The notes beneath the pieces are model-generated. The model was not told the DNA's origin. It worked only from the letters and a program-made list of their open reading frames with translations, and ran no database searches. Made by a program: the position numbers and the translations under genes. From a bacterium (GTDB lineage Bacteria > Eisenbacteria > RBG-16-71-46): a DNA stretch of 16,471 nucleotides. Positions 1 through 9,098 of the stretch are shown one piece after another (positions within the stretch are counted from its first letter, which is position 1; each line of letters opens with the position of its first letter). The DNA lies in contig JAYWEM010000166.1 in assembly GCA_043779265.1 (NCBI GenBank), forward strand, positions 1 through 16,471, read 5' to 3'.

Positions 1-498
1 GCGCGAGAACTCCCGCGACGTCGGGGACACGATCAGCCCGGCGTCGCGAAGTCCCTTGAGGATCGCCGCGAACTCGGTGGGCGGCACCGCCAGATAGAAC
101 AAGCGGTTCCCGGCGGTTCCGAACCTCTCATCCAATGCCCGCAGACTGAGCGCGAGCCGCGCGTACGTCGCCGGGTCGTTGAAGTCGCCCGAGACGTAGT
201 CACACCGCTCACTGAGCCAGTCCCAGCGCTCGGCATCGATGCCCGAGCGCGAGAACTCGCGCACACCGGCTTCCATCTGCGAGGCGAACTCCTGCTTCGA
301 CCACGGCCGCCTCGCACAGCCGACCACCGCGAACTGCGGCGGTAGGTGGCCGCTGACCGAGAGGTTGTAGAGCGCCGGGAGCAGCTTGCGACGGGTCAGG
401 TCCCCCGTCGCGCCGAAGACGACCACCGCACAGGGCGGCGCCACGGTGGCGCGGCCATTGAGCGCGACCGCCGCTGCGGCCTCGACGCGCGCGGTCAT
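1..498 (-). CDS. zwf: Glucose-6-phosphate 1-dehydrogenase, N-terminal part (runs off the left edge)
   Basis: Hand translation from ATG at 498: MTARVEAAAAVALNGRATVAPPCAVVVFGATGDLTRRKLLPALYNL..., containing the G6PD Rossmann signature GATGDL.RKL.PALY and later RLFYLAVPP. It starts 1 nt after the gnd stop. Absent from the ORF track because there is no stop in the window. Confidence 0.95.
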   Translation of the reverse strand, partial: MTARVEAAAAVALNGRATVAPPCAVVVFGATGDLTRRKLLPALYNLSVSGHLPPQFAVVGCARRPWSKQEFASQMEAGVREFSRSGIDAERWDWLSERCDYVSGDFNDPATYARLALSLRALDERFGTAGNRLFYLAVPPTEFAAILKGLRDAGLIVSPTSREFSR

Positions 499-499
499 C

Positions 500-1396
500 T
501 CACTTGGCCTTGACGGCGTGCCCGCCGAACTCGGCGCGCAGCGCAGCCAGGACACGATCGGTGAACGTGTCCTCCTGGCGCGAGCGGAATCGCCGCATCA
601 GCGACAGCGTCAGCACCTCGGCCGGGACGTTCTTGTCGATCGCCTCGAGCACGGTCCAGCGCCCCTCGCCCGAGTCCTCGACGTAGCCCTTGATCTTCTG
701 GAGCTTGGGGTCCTTCTCGAACGCGAGCTCGGCCAGTTCGAGCAGCCAGGAGCGGATGACGCTGCCCTGATTCCAGAGATGCGAGAGCTTGGCGAGATCG
801 AAGTCGTACTCGCTCGCCTTGAGGATCTCGAAGCCCTCAGCGTAGGCCTGCATCATGCCGTACTCGATGCCGTTGTGGATCATCTTGGCGAAGTGACCCG
901 AGCCCACCGGCCCGCAGTGCAGCCAGCCATCGGGCGGCGCGAGCGCGTCGAGCGCCGGACGCAGCCGTGTGATCGCCGCGTCCTCGCCGCCGGCCATCAT
1001 GCAGTAGCCGTTCGCGAGACCCCAGATGCCGCCCGAGGTGCCGACATCGACATAATGGATGCCCGACTCGGCCAGGCGCTTCGCGCGTCGTTGGTCATCG
1101 TGGAAGTTCGTGTTGCCGCCATCGACGATGATGTCGCCCTTCGAGAGGAGCGGCGCGAGTTCGTCGATCATCGAGTCGGTCGCCTCGCCGGCCGGCAGCA
1201 TCACCCACACGACGCGCGGTGCGGCGAGCCCCTGGACCAGATCGGCGATCGATCCCGCGGCGACAGCGCCGTGCGAAGCCGCCTCGGCCGTCTTGTCGGC
1301 GCTGCGATTCCAGGCCACCACGCGATGACCACCTTGCAGCAACCGACGGACCATGTTGAATCCCATACGGCCAAGACCCACGAACCCGAGTTCCAT
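500..1396 (-). CDS. gnd: 6-phosphogluconate dehydrogenase, decarboxylating, short (~298 aa, YqeC/GntZ-like) type
   Basis: C-terminal part of ORF 500..2356. Start reassigned to ATG 1396 (MELGFVGLGRMG), with GGAGGGAG RBS at 1401-1408. Motifs VWVMLPAG, DGGN, VDVGTSGG, GHFAKMIHNGIEYGMMQAYAEG, DSGEGRWT and FGGHAVK. Confidence 0.95.
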   Translation of the reverse strand: MELGFVGLGRMGFNMVRRLLQGGHRVVAWNRSADKTAEAASHGAVAAGSIADLVQGLAAPRVVWVMLPAGEATDSMIDELAPLLSKGDIIVDGGNTNFHDDQRRAKRLAESGIHYVDVGTSGGIWGLANGYCMMAGGEDAAITRLRPALDALAPPDGWLHCGPVGSGHFAKMIHNGIEYGMMQAYAEGFEILKASEYDFDLAKLSHLWNQGSVIRSWLLELAELAFEKDPKLQKIKGYVEDSGEGRWTVLEAIDKNVPAEVLTLSLMRRFRSRQEDTFTDRVLAALRAEFGGHAVKAK

Positions 1397-1656
1397 GCGA
1401 CTCCCTCCAATCCATGAGGCGGCCACAGTGGGGCCGTGGATGACATTCGCTCGAGTGGACGCGAGGGGCTGGCCGTCCGAGGGTGCGGAGAGCCATGCGC
1501 GCATGAGAACCCCATCCCGCTCGCTCGGCAACCGAGATCGGAGCGCGGGACGGGAGGCCGGCCACTCGTTCTGCCGGCCCTCGGGAGTATCGGAAGCTCG
1601 GGCCGACGGCTGCAGCCCCCTGTCGCGAGCCGCCAGCCGGGTCGCAAGGGCGCCCT

Positions 1657-1678
1657 GTGCTACCGTCCGCGCCCCATG
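1657..1678 (+). promoter_or_regulatory. Extended -10-like element (TG-c-TACCGT) 9 nt before the ATG; probable leaderless or very short leader promoter
   Basis: GTGCTACCGTCCGCGCCCCATG with no Shine-Dalgarno. A near-identical motif precedes the MFS gene. Confidence 0.55.
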
Positions 1679-3088
1679 TCCCGGGACGCTCGCATCTGGC
1701 CCATCCTGACCGCCTCGCTGCTGCTCTCGCTGGCGATCGCGGCTCTGTTCCCCCTCGTCGACCCCGACGAGGGCCGCAACGCCGAGGTGGCACGTGAGAT
1801 GGCTCGCACGGGCGACCTGGTGGTCCCGCATCTGGCGGGGCTCCCCTACCTCGATAAGCCTCCCCTCCTGTTCGCGCTCGGGGCAGCCGCCATCTCGGCC
1901 CTCGGGCCCACGCCGCTCGCGGTGCGCCTGCCCGCGATCGTCTGCTCCCTCATCGCTCTCGCGCTGCTGGGCTGGCTGGCGAGCCGGCGGGGAGAAGCGG
2001 ACCGAGGCGCCTGGGCGATGGGTCTCACCGCATCGGCCCCTCTGTTCGCGGTGATTGCGGCGTACGTCATCTTCGACATGCCTCTGGCCGCGGCCGTGAC
2101 CGCCGTCTGGGTGCTGATCGCGGACGAAGTCGAGCGCGGCCCCGACACGAAGCGCCGCGCCTGTCTCTCCCTGGCGATCGCCCTCGGCGTCCTGGCCAAG
2201 GGCCCGATCATGTTGGCGTGGGCGATCGGGGGTTCGATCGGCGCTGCGGCGCTGATGCGCTCGCGCGCGCCGCTGCGATGGCTCGCGTGGGGTCCGGGCT
2301 GGCTCATCGTGCTCGCGATCGCCGGAGGCTGGTTCGCCACCGCGCTCGCGCGCCACCCCGAGTATCTCCGCTACGCGTTCCTCGAGGAGTCGCTCGAGCG
2401 CATGACCAGCGGCAGTTTCGCACGTGAACAGCCGTGGTGGTTCGTGGCCGCCGTGTTGGTCGGCGGCGCCCTGCCGTGGTCGCTGGCGACGCCGTGGAAG
2501 GCGCCGAGGAGCGATGCGAGCCGCGTCGCGCTCGGCTTCGTCCTGTTCGCGAGCGTGTTCTTCACGATGTCACGCAGCAAGCTCGTCACCTACCTCGTGC
2601 CGGCGATCCCCGCGCTCGCCTGGTGGGCAGCGGAGTGCTGGCGCTCGGCACCCCCGACGAGGCGGCCGCTCGCCTTGCGAATCGCGGTGTTCGGCCTGAC
2701 GCCGTTGCTCGTCCTGGGCGGCGCACCCTGGTTGCGGAACGAGGCGAGGCAGCGCTCGGGGGCCTCGTTGGCGGAAGCGGTCGAGCGGATCGGCGCCCCT
2801 TCGGTGCTCTATGAGGACTGCTATAGTCCCGGCTCCGATTTCCTGAGGGATGAGCGCTCGCGCGTGGTCTCCCGACTCGGGCATCCCATCACGAGCAATT
2901 ACATTCTCCGCTATCGGGACTCCTTGCGCGCTCGCGGGCTCTGGACACTCATCGATTCGGTCTCGGCTCCGCTCCCCGACGTGTGGGTGCGTGAGGTCCG
3001 CGACCCGCGTCCGGCGCCCGAGGGTTATGCGCCGTTCCACCGTGACATCCGGTTCGACGCCTTCCGGCCAGAGAGAGAGCAGGACTGA
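1676..3088 (+). CDS. ArnT/PMT-like (GT-C fold, GT39/GT83-like) lipid-carrier-dependent membrane glycosyltransferase
   Basis: Start reassigned to ATG 1676 (MSRDARIWP). TM1 is followed by DPDEGRNAEVAREM...PHLAGLPYLDKPPL, then VRLP, IFDMPL, LAKGP, PWWF, LPWS and SKLVTYLVPAIP, all typical of the ArnT family. Many hydrophobic segments. Confidence 0.88.
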   Translation: MSRDARIWPILTASLLLSLAIAALFPLVDPDEGRNAEVAREMARTGDLVVPHLAGLPYLDKPPLLFALGAAAISALGPTPLAVRLPAIVCSLIALALLGWLASRRGEADRGAWAMGLTASAPLFAVIAAYVIFDMPLAAAVTAVWVLIADEVERGPDTKRRACLSLAIALGVLAKGPIMLAWAIGGSIGAAALMRSRAPLRWLAWGPGWLIVLAIAGGWFATALARHPEYLRYAFLEESLERMTSGSFAREQPWWFVAAVLVGGALPWSLATPWKAPRSDASRVALGFVLFASVFFTMSRSKLVTYLVPAIPALAWWAAECWRSAPPTRRPLALRIAVFGLTPLLVLGGAPWLRNEARQRSGASLAEAVERIGAPSVLYEDCYSPGSDFLRDERSRVVSRLGHPITSNYILRYRDSLRARGLWTLIDSVSAPLPDVWVREVRDPRPAPEGYAPFHRDIRFDAFRPEREQD

Positions 3089-3092
3089 TCGC

Positions 3093-5069
3093 ATGTGCGG
3101 CATCGCCGGACTCGTCGCCCCCGACATCGCCGCTCCCGAGCGGCTCGCGTGGGTACAGCGCATGGTCTCGCGACTCGCGCATCGCGGCCCTTCGGGTGAG
3201 GCACTGTGGTCGGATGGGCACATCGCGATGGGACTGGCGAGGCTCGCGATCGTCGCACCCGGGGAGCGCGCCCGCGTTCTCGAGGATGACGCCGGCCGGT
3301 TCGTCGGCGTGGCCAATGGCGAACTCTACAATCACGCCGAACTCCGAACGGCGATCCGCGCGCGAGGCCGCCGTATCCCCGATGGTCCCGACACGACCGT
3401 GCTGCCCTTCCTGTTGGCGCAGCATGGCGATCGCTTCCCCGAGACGCTCGATGGCATGTTCGCCGCGGCGCTGTGGGATCGCACTCAGCAGACGCTGACC
3501 CTCGCGCGGGATCGAGCGGGCGAGAAACCGCTCTTCATCTGGGAACGAGGCGAGCGCATCGCGTTCGCTTCGGAACCGGCCGCGCTGCTGGCCCTTCCGT
3601 GGATCGAGCGTCAGCCCTCCGCCGAGGCGATCTCCCGCTATCTCGTGCATGGCTTCTTCGCGCACGAGGACTGCGTCTGGCAGGGCATTCGACAACTCCC
3701 GCCCGGACACACGCTCGAGTGGCGCTCCGGCACGGGCCGGCTCCGACGCTACTGGCGTCCGTGGGATGCCCTGCTCGAGTCGCGAGACGTCGTCTCCGCG
3801 GCCGAAAGTCCCGCCGTGATCGAGCAGGCCCTCGCGAGCGCCGTGGCCTCGCGCATGCCCGGCGAGGTCCGCTTCGGCGTGTTCCTCTCGGGCGGTGTCG
3901 ACTCCGGACTCGTGGCAACGCTGGCCGCGCGGGCCTCGCGCCGTCCCTTCCCCACCTTCAGCCTCCAGTTGCCCCATCGAGGCTACGACGAATCTTCGTA
4001 CGCCGCCGAGGTGGCTCGCCGCATCGGCTCCGAGCACCACGTGCTGACCATGACCGACCGTGAGGGCGAAGAAGCGCTCACGCTCTGGGCCGATGGGATG
4101 GACCAGCCGCTCGGGGATCCCAGCGTTCTCCCGACCTGGGCGTTGGCCCGAATGGCCGCACAGCACGTGCCGGTGGTGCTCACGGGCGAGGGCGGCGACG
4201 AACTCTTCGCAGGCTACCCCACGTATCTCGGGCATCGTCACGCCGCCTGGGCCGAGCGTATGCCCGCGCCGCTCGCCTCGCTCGCTCTGACGCTGGCGAG
4301 GCGGTTCCGGCCGCGCCACCATCACGTCACGATCGCCCACCTGCTCGAGCGATTCCTCTCGGTGCGCGGACTCCCGGCATTCGAGCGCCACCTCGCGTGG
4401 TGGGGGATCGCCCGCGCTCCGGATGCCCTGGCGCTGCTCCATCCCGCGCTGCGTGAGGTCGTGCCGGCGGACGCGCCGCTGGCCCACGCCCACCGGCTCC
4501 AGACGCAACTGAGCGAGATGGAACTCCTGCGCGACGGTCGCACGCCGCTCTCCGCCTACCAATTGCTCGACTTCGAGACCTACCTCTCGGGCGATCTGCT
4601 CACCAAGGTGGACCGTTGCACGATGGCGCATGGGGTCGAGTCGCGCGCACCGTTCCTGCGGCACTCGCTGATCGAGACGGCACTCACGCTCCCCGACTCC
4701 GCGCGGCTGCGCGGCACCTCGGGCAAGTGGGCACTCAAGCAGGCGGCGCGCCGGCTGCTGCCGGCCGAGTTGCTCGCGCGTCGCAAGCAGGGCTTCTCCC
4801 CACCCTTCTCCGCATGGGCACGCGGTCCGTGGCGGAGCCTCGTGCTCGACCGACTCTCCCCCGCCCGCCTCGAAGCGGGCGGCGTGCTCGATGCGCCACT
4901 CGTGCAGGGCATCGTGCGCGAGCACCTCGATGGTCGTGAGGACCGCGGACGACTGCTGTGGACGCTGCTCTCGCTGCAGGCGTGGGCCGAGCGCTGGTGG
5001 CATGGGAATGCCGCGCTCGCGACGCCGCTCGCGACCGATCAGGTCCGGGAACTCTCGCTCAGGGACTGA
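3093..5069 (+). CDS. asnB: Asparagine synthase (glutamine-hydrolysing)-family amidotransferase
   Basis: True start ATG 3093 gives MCGIAG (Ntn catalytic Cys). Motifs HRGP, NGELYNH, DGMFA, ARDRAGEKPL, FLSGGVDS, VLTGEGGDELFAGY, LLTKVDR, ESRAPFL and RRKQGF. Begins 4 nt after the glycosyltransferase stop. Confidence 0.92.
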   Translation: MCGIAGLVAPDIAAPERLAWVQRMVSRLAHRGPSGEALWSDGHIAMGLARLAIVAPGERARVLEDDAGRFVGVANGELYNHAELRTAIRARGRRIPDGPDTTVLPFLLAQHGDRFPETLDGMFAAALWDRTQQTLTLARDRAGEKPLFIWERGERIAFASEPAALLALPWIERQPSAEAISRYLVHGFFAHEDCVWQGIRQLPPGHTLEWRSGTGRLRRYWRPWDALLESRDVVSAAESPAVIEQALASAVASRMPGEVRFGVFLSGGVDSGLVATLAARASRRPFPTFSLQLPHRGYDESSYAAEVARRIGSEHHVLTMTDREGEEALTLWADGMDQPLGDPSVLPTWALARMAAQHVPVVLTGEGGDELFAGYPTYLGHRHAAWAERMPAPLASLALTLARRFRPRHHHVTIAHLLERFLSVRGLPAFERHLAWWGIARAPDALALLHPALREVVPADAPLAHAHRLQTQLSEMELLRDGRTPLSAYQLLDFETYLSGDLLTKVDRCTMAHGVESRAPFLRHSLIETALTLPDSARLRGTSGKWALKQAARRLLPAELLARRKQGFSPPFSAWARGPWRSLVLDRLSPARLEAGGVLDAPLVQGIVREHLDGREDRGRLLWTLLSLQAWAERWWHGNAALATPLATDQVRELSLRD

Positions 5070-6219
5070 CCGTGCGGCGCTGCGCCAGACTCGCGAACGC
5101 CGAAGCGCACGCGAAGCCGACCACGAGCAACAGCGAGAGCAGCATCAGCGCCCGGGTCAGTCCCGCATGGTCGGCGAACGCGCCGATCGGGCCGATCAGC
5201 AGCGCCCCGAGCCCCCAGGCCGCTCCCATCAACAGGCTCGAGATGGTGCCCGCATGCGCGGGCGAGAGTTCCTGGCCCAGCACGACGTTGACGGGCAGCG
5301 ACGTCTGGAGCCCGAAGTAGCCCACGAGCAGAGCGGCCAACGACCATGGCTGGGGCAGCACGAAGAACGCTGCGAAGAACGGCATCGCGAACAGGAAGGA
5401 CACGCGAATGACGCGATGCCCGCCGACGCGGCTGGCGAACCACCCTCCCGCCAGCCCGCCGAGTGCGCCCAACGTCAGATAGAGTGTCGTGAGCGCGCCG
5501 CCCGCGACGACACTCCATCCACGCTCGCTCGCCCATAGCGGCAGGAACGTCGCGAACCCCGCGGAGACCGCCGAGCGCGTCGCGACCGCGCCGTAGAGGT
5601 AGGCGAGCGGCTTCGCCACCGGCCGCAGGTCGGCGAGTCGGGTCGGGGCGCGGGGCGTGCGGGGCACCGCGGACTCGCGCAAGAACCACGGCACGAGGAA
5701 CGCGCACAGCACGAGCCCTGGGATCGCAGCGAGATAGGTGTTGTGGAGACCGAACAGCCGCACGGTCGTGCTCGCGAACAGCGGCCCCAGCGCCCAACCC
5801 AGCGTGCCGCCGGTGATCCAGAACGACATCGCCACGCCACGATTCGGACTCGAGGCCCCGGCGATCGAGGCGGTCTGCGGATGGAAGGCCGCGACTCCGA
5901 GCCCGCCGAGCAGCAGCAGCATCACGAGCCCCGCGTAGCTGTCGACCAACCCGATCGAACTCATGAACACCGCAGCCACGAGCGGACCGAGGATCACGAA
6001 CCACGGCCGGTGCATTCGATCGGCCCACCACCCGAACAGCGGCTGGGAGAACGAGCTGGAGAGCGACGCGATCGCCACGAGGCCGCCGACCATCGTGTAG
6101 TTGAGCCCGAGTCGGACCACGAGCAACGGCAACACGGGCAGGAAGAAGCTCGAGTAGGCGTCGATCGTGAAGTGGGCGACGGCGAGGATGCGCAGCCGGG
6201 GCGTCAGCGCTGGATGCAT
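5059..6219 (-). CDS. MFS transporter, Fsr (fosmidomycin resistance)-like
   Basis: Start reassigned to ATG 6219 (MHPALTPRLRILAVAHFTIDAY). Motifs QPLFGWWADR, GLGVAAFHP, GGTLGWALGPL. About 12 hydrophobic segments. Its 3' end overlaps the asnB 3' end by 11 nt. Confidence 0.88.
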   Translation of the reverse strand: MHPALTPRLRILAVAHFTIDAYSSFFLPVLPLLVVRLGLNYTMVGGLVAIASLSSSFSQPLFGWWADRMHRPWFVILGPLVAAVFMSSIGLVDSYAGLVMLLLLGGLGVAAFHPQTASIAGASSPNRGVAMSFWITGGTLGWALGPLFASTTVRLFGLHNTYLAAIPGLVLCAFLVPWFLRESAVPRTPRAPTRLADLRPVAKPLAYLYGAVATRSAVSAGFATFLPLWASERGWSVVAGGALTTLYLTLGALGGLAGGWFASRVGGHRVIRVSFLFAMPFFAAFFVLPQPWSLAALLVGYFGLQTSLPVNVVLGQELSPAHAGTISSLLMGAAWGLGALLIGPIGAFADHAGLTRALMLLSLLLVVGFACASAFASLAQRRTVSP

Positions 6220-6239
6220 GGAGCGCGGGACGGTAGCAC
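6217..6239 (-). promoter_or_regulatory. Extended -10-like element (TG-c-TACCGT) 10 nt before the MFS ATG
   Basis: Minus strand reads GTGCTACCGTCCCGCGCTCCATG, with no Shine-Dalgarno. Confidence 0.55.
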
Positions 6240-6258
6240 GCGGATGGCGTGAGCATCG

Positions 6259-6289
6259 AGGGGGCGGTCGCGCCAGGCGACCGCCCCCT
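6259..6289. terminator. 13-bp perfect GC-rich hairpin just after the histidine kinase stop; probable terminator or processing stem
   Basis: AGGGGGCGGTCGC-gccag-GCGACCGCCCCCT, about 20 nt past the stop at 6309. There is no U-tract on the minus strand. Confidence 0.6.
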
Positions 6290-6308
6290 TCGGATGGAGG
6301 GAAGATGC

Positions 6309-8969
6309 TCAGGCGGCGTAGCGCGTGATCATCTTCTCGAATCGATCGATCCACAGCTCGACGCGGGCGATCTCATCCATCACCGGTCGCAGGAGGACCC
6401 GAGCCTCGCTCGTGCGCTCCTCACGAGCCCAGTGCTCGATCGCCGCGAACTGCTCGACACAGCCGGTCGCGCCGATCGTGGCGCACATGCCGCGCAGCCC
6501 ATGCGCCTCGAACTCCACTCGCCGCGAGTCGTTGCGGTCGAAGGCCGCACCGAGTCGGTCGATCCGTGCCCCGACATCACCGACGAACGTGTGCAACAGC
6601 GACGTCCGCAGTGCCGGCAGGCCCATGCAGGCCTGATCGAGCTGCTCGATGTCGACTGGTGAACCCTCGACCGGGGACGGCGGCAGGATCGGGTCGCGGA
6701 TCGGCTGAGGCGGCGGAGGCGGAGCAGCGGCAGCAGCAGCGGGCGGATCGAATGCACCCGAGACAACCGTGAGCTTGGGCGATGGGGCAGGAGCCGAAGC
6801 CTCGAGCGATCGACCCTCGCTTCGAGCTGTCCAGCGTTCCACGGCGTGCGTCAGGGCATCGAGATCCACCGGCTTGCCGAGCACATCGTCCATGCCGGCA
6901 GCGATACAGCGTTCGCGCTCGGAGTGATGCTGGGCGCTCCCGGTCAGTCCGACGATCGGCGTGCGACGCGAACCGCGTTCGCGCGCGCGGATCGCAGAGG
7001 TCGCGCGGCAGCCATCCATGTCCGGCATCTGCAGGTCCATGAGGACCAGGTCGAAGTCGTCATCCTCGGTGCGGCGGATCGCCTCGCGACCGGTCGACGC
7101 CACTTCGACCGTGTAGCCGACGCGGTGCAGCGCACTGGTCGTGACGAGCTGATTGACGGCGTCGTCCTCGACCAGCAGCAGTCGAACGCGGCCACGCCGA
7201 GCTTCGGCGATCGAGTGGCGCGTCACGAGCAGCGCCGGGCCATCATCCGACTCCGACGTCGCCAGCACCTCCTGGAGCGCCTCGTGCAGCTGCGACACCT
7301 CGAGCGGCTTGAGCAGATAGCCGGTGAAGCCGGCCTCACGTGCGCGCTGCGCATCGCCCGGTCGCCCGACCGATGTCGTCAGGACGAGTCGCGTGTCGGC
7401 GAGCGCGCCACTCTCACGAAGTCGCTCGGCGAGTGCGAAGGCATCGAGCCCGTTCAACTGCATGTCGGCGAAGGCCACCGTGTACGGACGGCCATCGAGC
7501 GAGGCCTCCGCCAAGCGCGCCATGGCGCTGGCGCCGTCATCGGCGAGGCCCACTTCACACCCCCACGCGGCGAGTACCGTCCCCAGTTGCTCGCGCTCGG
7601 ACGTGTCGGCATCGGCGATCAGGATGCGCTGGTCGCGCAGGGAACCACGGTCGATCGCGGGAGCGCCGACGCGCATCGGCTGCATCGAGAGCGTGAGGCG
7701 GAACCAGAAGGTGCTGCCGACGCCCTCGGCGCTCTCGACTCCGACCTCGCCTCCCATCAGGTCGATGAGGCGACGTGAGATCGCGAGCCCGAGCCCCGAG
7801 CCACCGAAGCGGCGCGCGACGGACGGATCGGCCTGCGTGAAGATCGCGAAGAGACGAGCCTGGGCCTCGGGCGACATCCCGACTCCCGTGTCCTGGACGC
7901 GGAACATCAGCGTGACGCGATCATCATCCTCGGTCTCGCGATCGACCCGCAGCGAGATGCGACCGGCCTCGGTGAACTTGATGGCATTGCCCAGCAGATT
8001 CAGGAGCACCTGGCGGATACGACCCGGGTCGCCCTGGACGCGCGAGGGAACCCGCGAGTCGACTCGATGCTCGAACGTCAGTCCCTTATTGTCGGCTGAG
8101 GGGAACAGCAGGGCGGTGACCTGCTCGACCGCGACCCGGATGTCGAAGTCGAGGCACTCGACCGGCATGCGGCCCGCTTCGAGGCGCGAATAGTCGAGCG
8201 TGTCATTGACCAGCGTCATCAGCGTCTGACTCGACTGGTGGATGATCTCGACCAGGGAGCGCTGCTGGGGCTCGAGCGAGCTGTCGAGCAGCATGCGCGA
8301 CATCCCGATCAATCCGTTCATCGGCGTGCGGATCTCGTGGCTCATCGTGGCGAGGAACTCGCTCTTCGACTGAGCCTGGGCGCGCGCCTCCTCGATCTCG
8401 TGATGGAGCGCGGCGACGGTCTCGTCATCGAGCGAGAAGCGTGCCGGCGGCTCCGCATCCGAGGCCACGGAAGGAGCGGGTCCACTCGCAGAGCCGCTGC
8501 CCATCTCGTGCAGCGGGGATGCGGCGAAGCCGTCGAGCGAGAGCATCGAGGCCAGACTCCGCGGCGCCTCCGTCTCGGGCCTCGCGACGCCGACGAGATA
8601 GATCTCGCCATCCGAGCGCTCCCAGCGGCGCAGATTCAAGGTCAGTCGGACAAGCGAACCCTCGGAGTGCCGCACGTGCACGATGTGATGCGCTAACGCG
8701 AGGCCGCCACGGTGCTGGCGCCACACCGAGCGCAGACTCGACGTGCGGTGTTCGGCCGAGAGGAGCGGCACGGCCGACTTGCCGATCAGCTCTGCTCCGC
8801 GATGGCCGGTGAGCGTCTCGAGCGAGCCGGAGACCCAGGCCAGTCGGCCCCAGGCATCACAGCAGAAGACGAGATCCGGCGATGCCTCGAGCACCTCGCG
8901 CAACCCGATGGTCGGGGCGAAGGTCGGAATCGAGACAGTGGCGCGGGACGGCGGGACCAGATCGGACAT
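6309..8969 (-). CDS. Cytoplasmic hybrid sensor histidine kinase (PAS-HisKA-HATPase_c-REC-REC-Hpt)
   Basis: PAS-like N-terminus ([21 protein letters not shown]...LTGH...ELIGK). H-box [16 protein letters not shown]-box [15 protein letters not shown]-boxes VQDTGVGM and [11 protein letters not shown]. Two receivers ([34 protein letters not shown]) and an Hpt ([14 protein letters not shown]). No TM segment seen. Confidence 0.93.
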   Translation of the reverse strand: MSDLVPPSRATVSIPTFAPTIGLREVLEASPDLVFCCDAWGRLAWVSGSLETLTGHRGAELIGKSAVPLLSAEHRTSSLRSVWRQHRGGLALAHHIVHVRHSEGSLVRLTLNLRRWERSDGEIYLVGVARPETEAPRSLASMLSLDGFAASPLHEMGSGSASGPAPSVASDAEPPARFSLDDETVAALHHEIEEARAQAQSKSEFLATMSHEIRTPMNGLIGMSRMLLDSSLEPQQRSLVEIIHQSSQTLMTLVNDTLDYSRLEAGRMPVECLDFDIRVAVEQVTALLFPSADNKGLTFEHRVDSRVPSRVQGDPGRIRQVLLNLLGNAIKFTEAGRISLRVDRETEDDDRVTLMFRVQDTGVGMSPEAQARLFAIFTQADPSVARRFGGSGLGLAISRRLIDLMGGEVGVESAEGVGSTFWFRLTLSMQPMRVGAPAIDRGSLRDQRILIADADTSEREQLGTVLAAWGCEVGLADDGASAMARLAEASLDGRPYTVAFADMQLNGLDAFALAERLRESGALADTRLVLTTSVGRPGDAQRAREAGFTGYLLKPLEVSQLHEALQEVLATSESDDGPALLVTRHSIAEARRGRVRLLLVEDDAVNQLVTTSALHRVGYTVEVASTGREAIRRTEDDDFDLVLMDLQMPDMDGCRATSAIRARERGSRRTPIVGLTGSAQHHSERERCIAAGMDDVLGKPVDLDALTHAVERWTARSEGRSLEASAPAPSPKLTVVSGAFDPPAAAAAAPPPPPQPIRDPILPPSPVEGSPVDIEQLDQACMGLPALRTSLLHTFVGDVGARIDRLGAAFDRNDSRRVEFEAHGLRGMCATIGATGCVEQFAAIEHWAREERTSEARVLLRPVMDEIARVELWIDRFEKMITRYAA

Positions 8970-9042
8970 GGCGCCCTCGTGAGGGTCGAGTGCGGGCTCT
9001 CGACGCGCCGAGTGCGCGCCGGGAAACCGGCTTCCTTGCTCG

Positions 9043-9070
9043 TTGTCGGCCTTCTCGGCTCGGCGCTTGA
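9043..9070 (-). promoter_or_regulatory. Sigma28 (FliA/SigD)-like promoter for the hybrid kinase
   Basis: Minus strand TCAAG-N15-GCCGACAA, close to the sigma28 consensus (TAAA/TCAAG...GCCGATAA), 73 nt upstream of the ATG. Confidence 0.55.
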
Positions 9071-9098
9071 GCCTTTGAGAGGGCGGGACCGACCCGGC

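Noticed and set aside
1397..2356. Apparent 320-aa N-terminal extension on gnd (also upstream extensions on the GT, asnB, MFS, NYN and channel ORFs)
   Set aside because: Artefact of longest-ORF calling. Family motifs, RBS or -10 elements and overlap with neighbouring genes point to the downstream starts.
3093..5069. AsnB-like protein as a lasso peptide cyclase
   Set aside because: It keeps the full Ntn glutaminase domain with the N-terminal Cys, and no precursor peptide, B1 (RRE) or B2 protease gene is nearby.
6660..6800. GCA/GGC repeats in the kinase gene
   Set aside because: They encode an ordinary Pro/Ala-rich linker between the second receiver and the Hpt domain.
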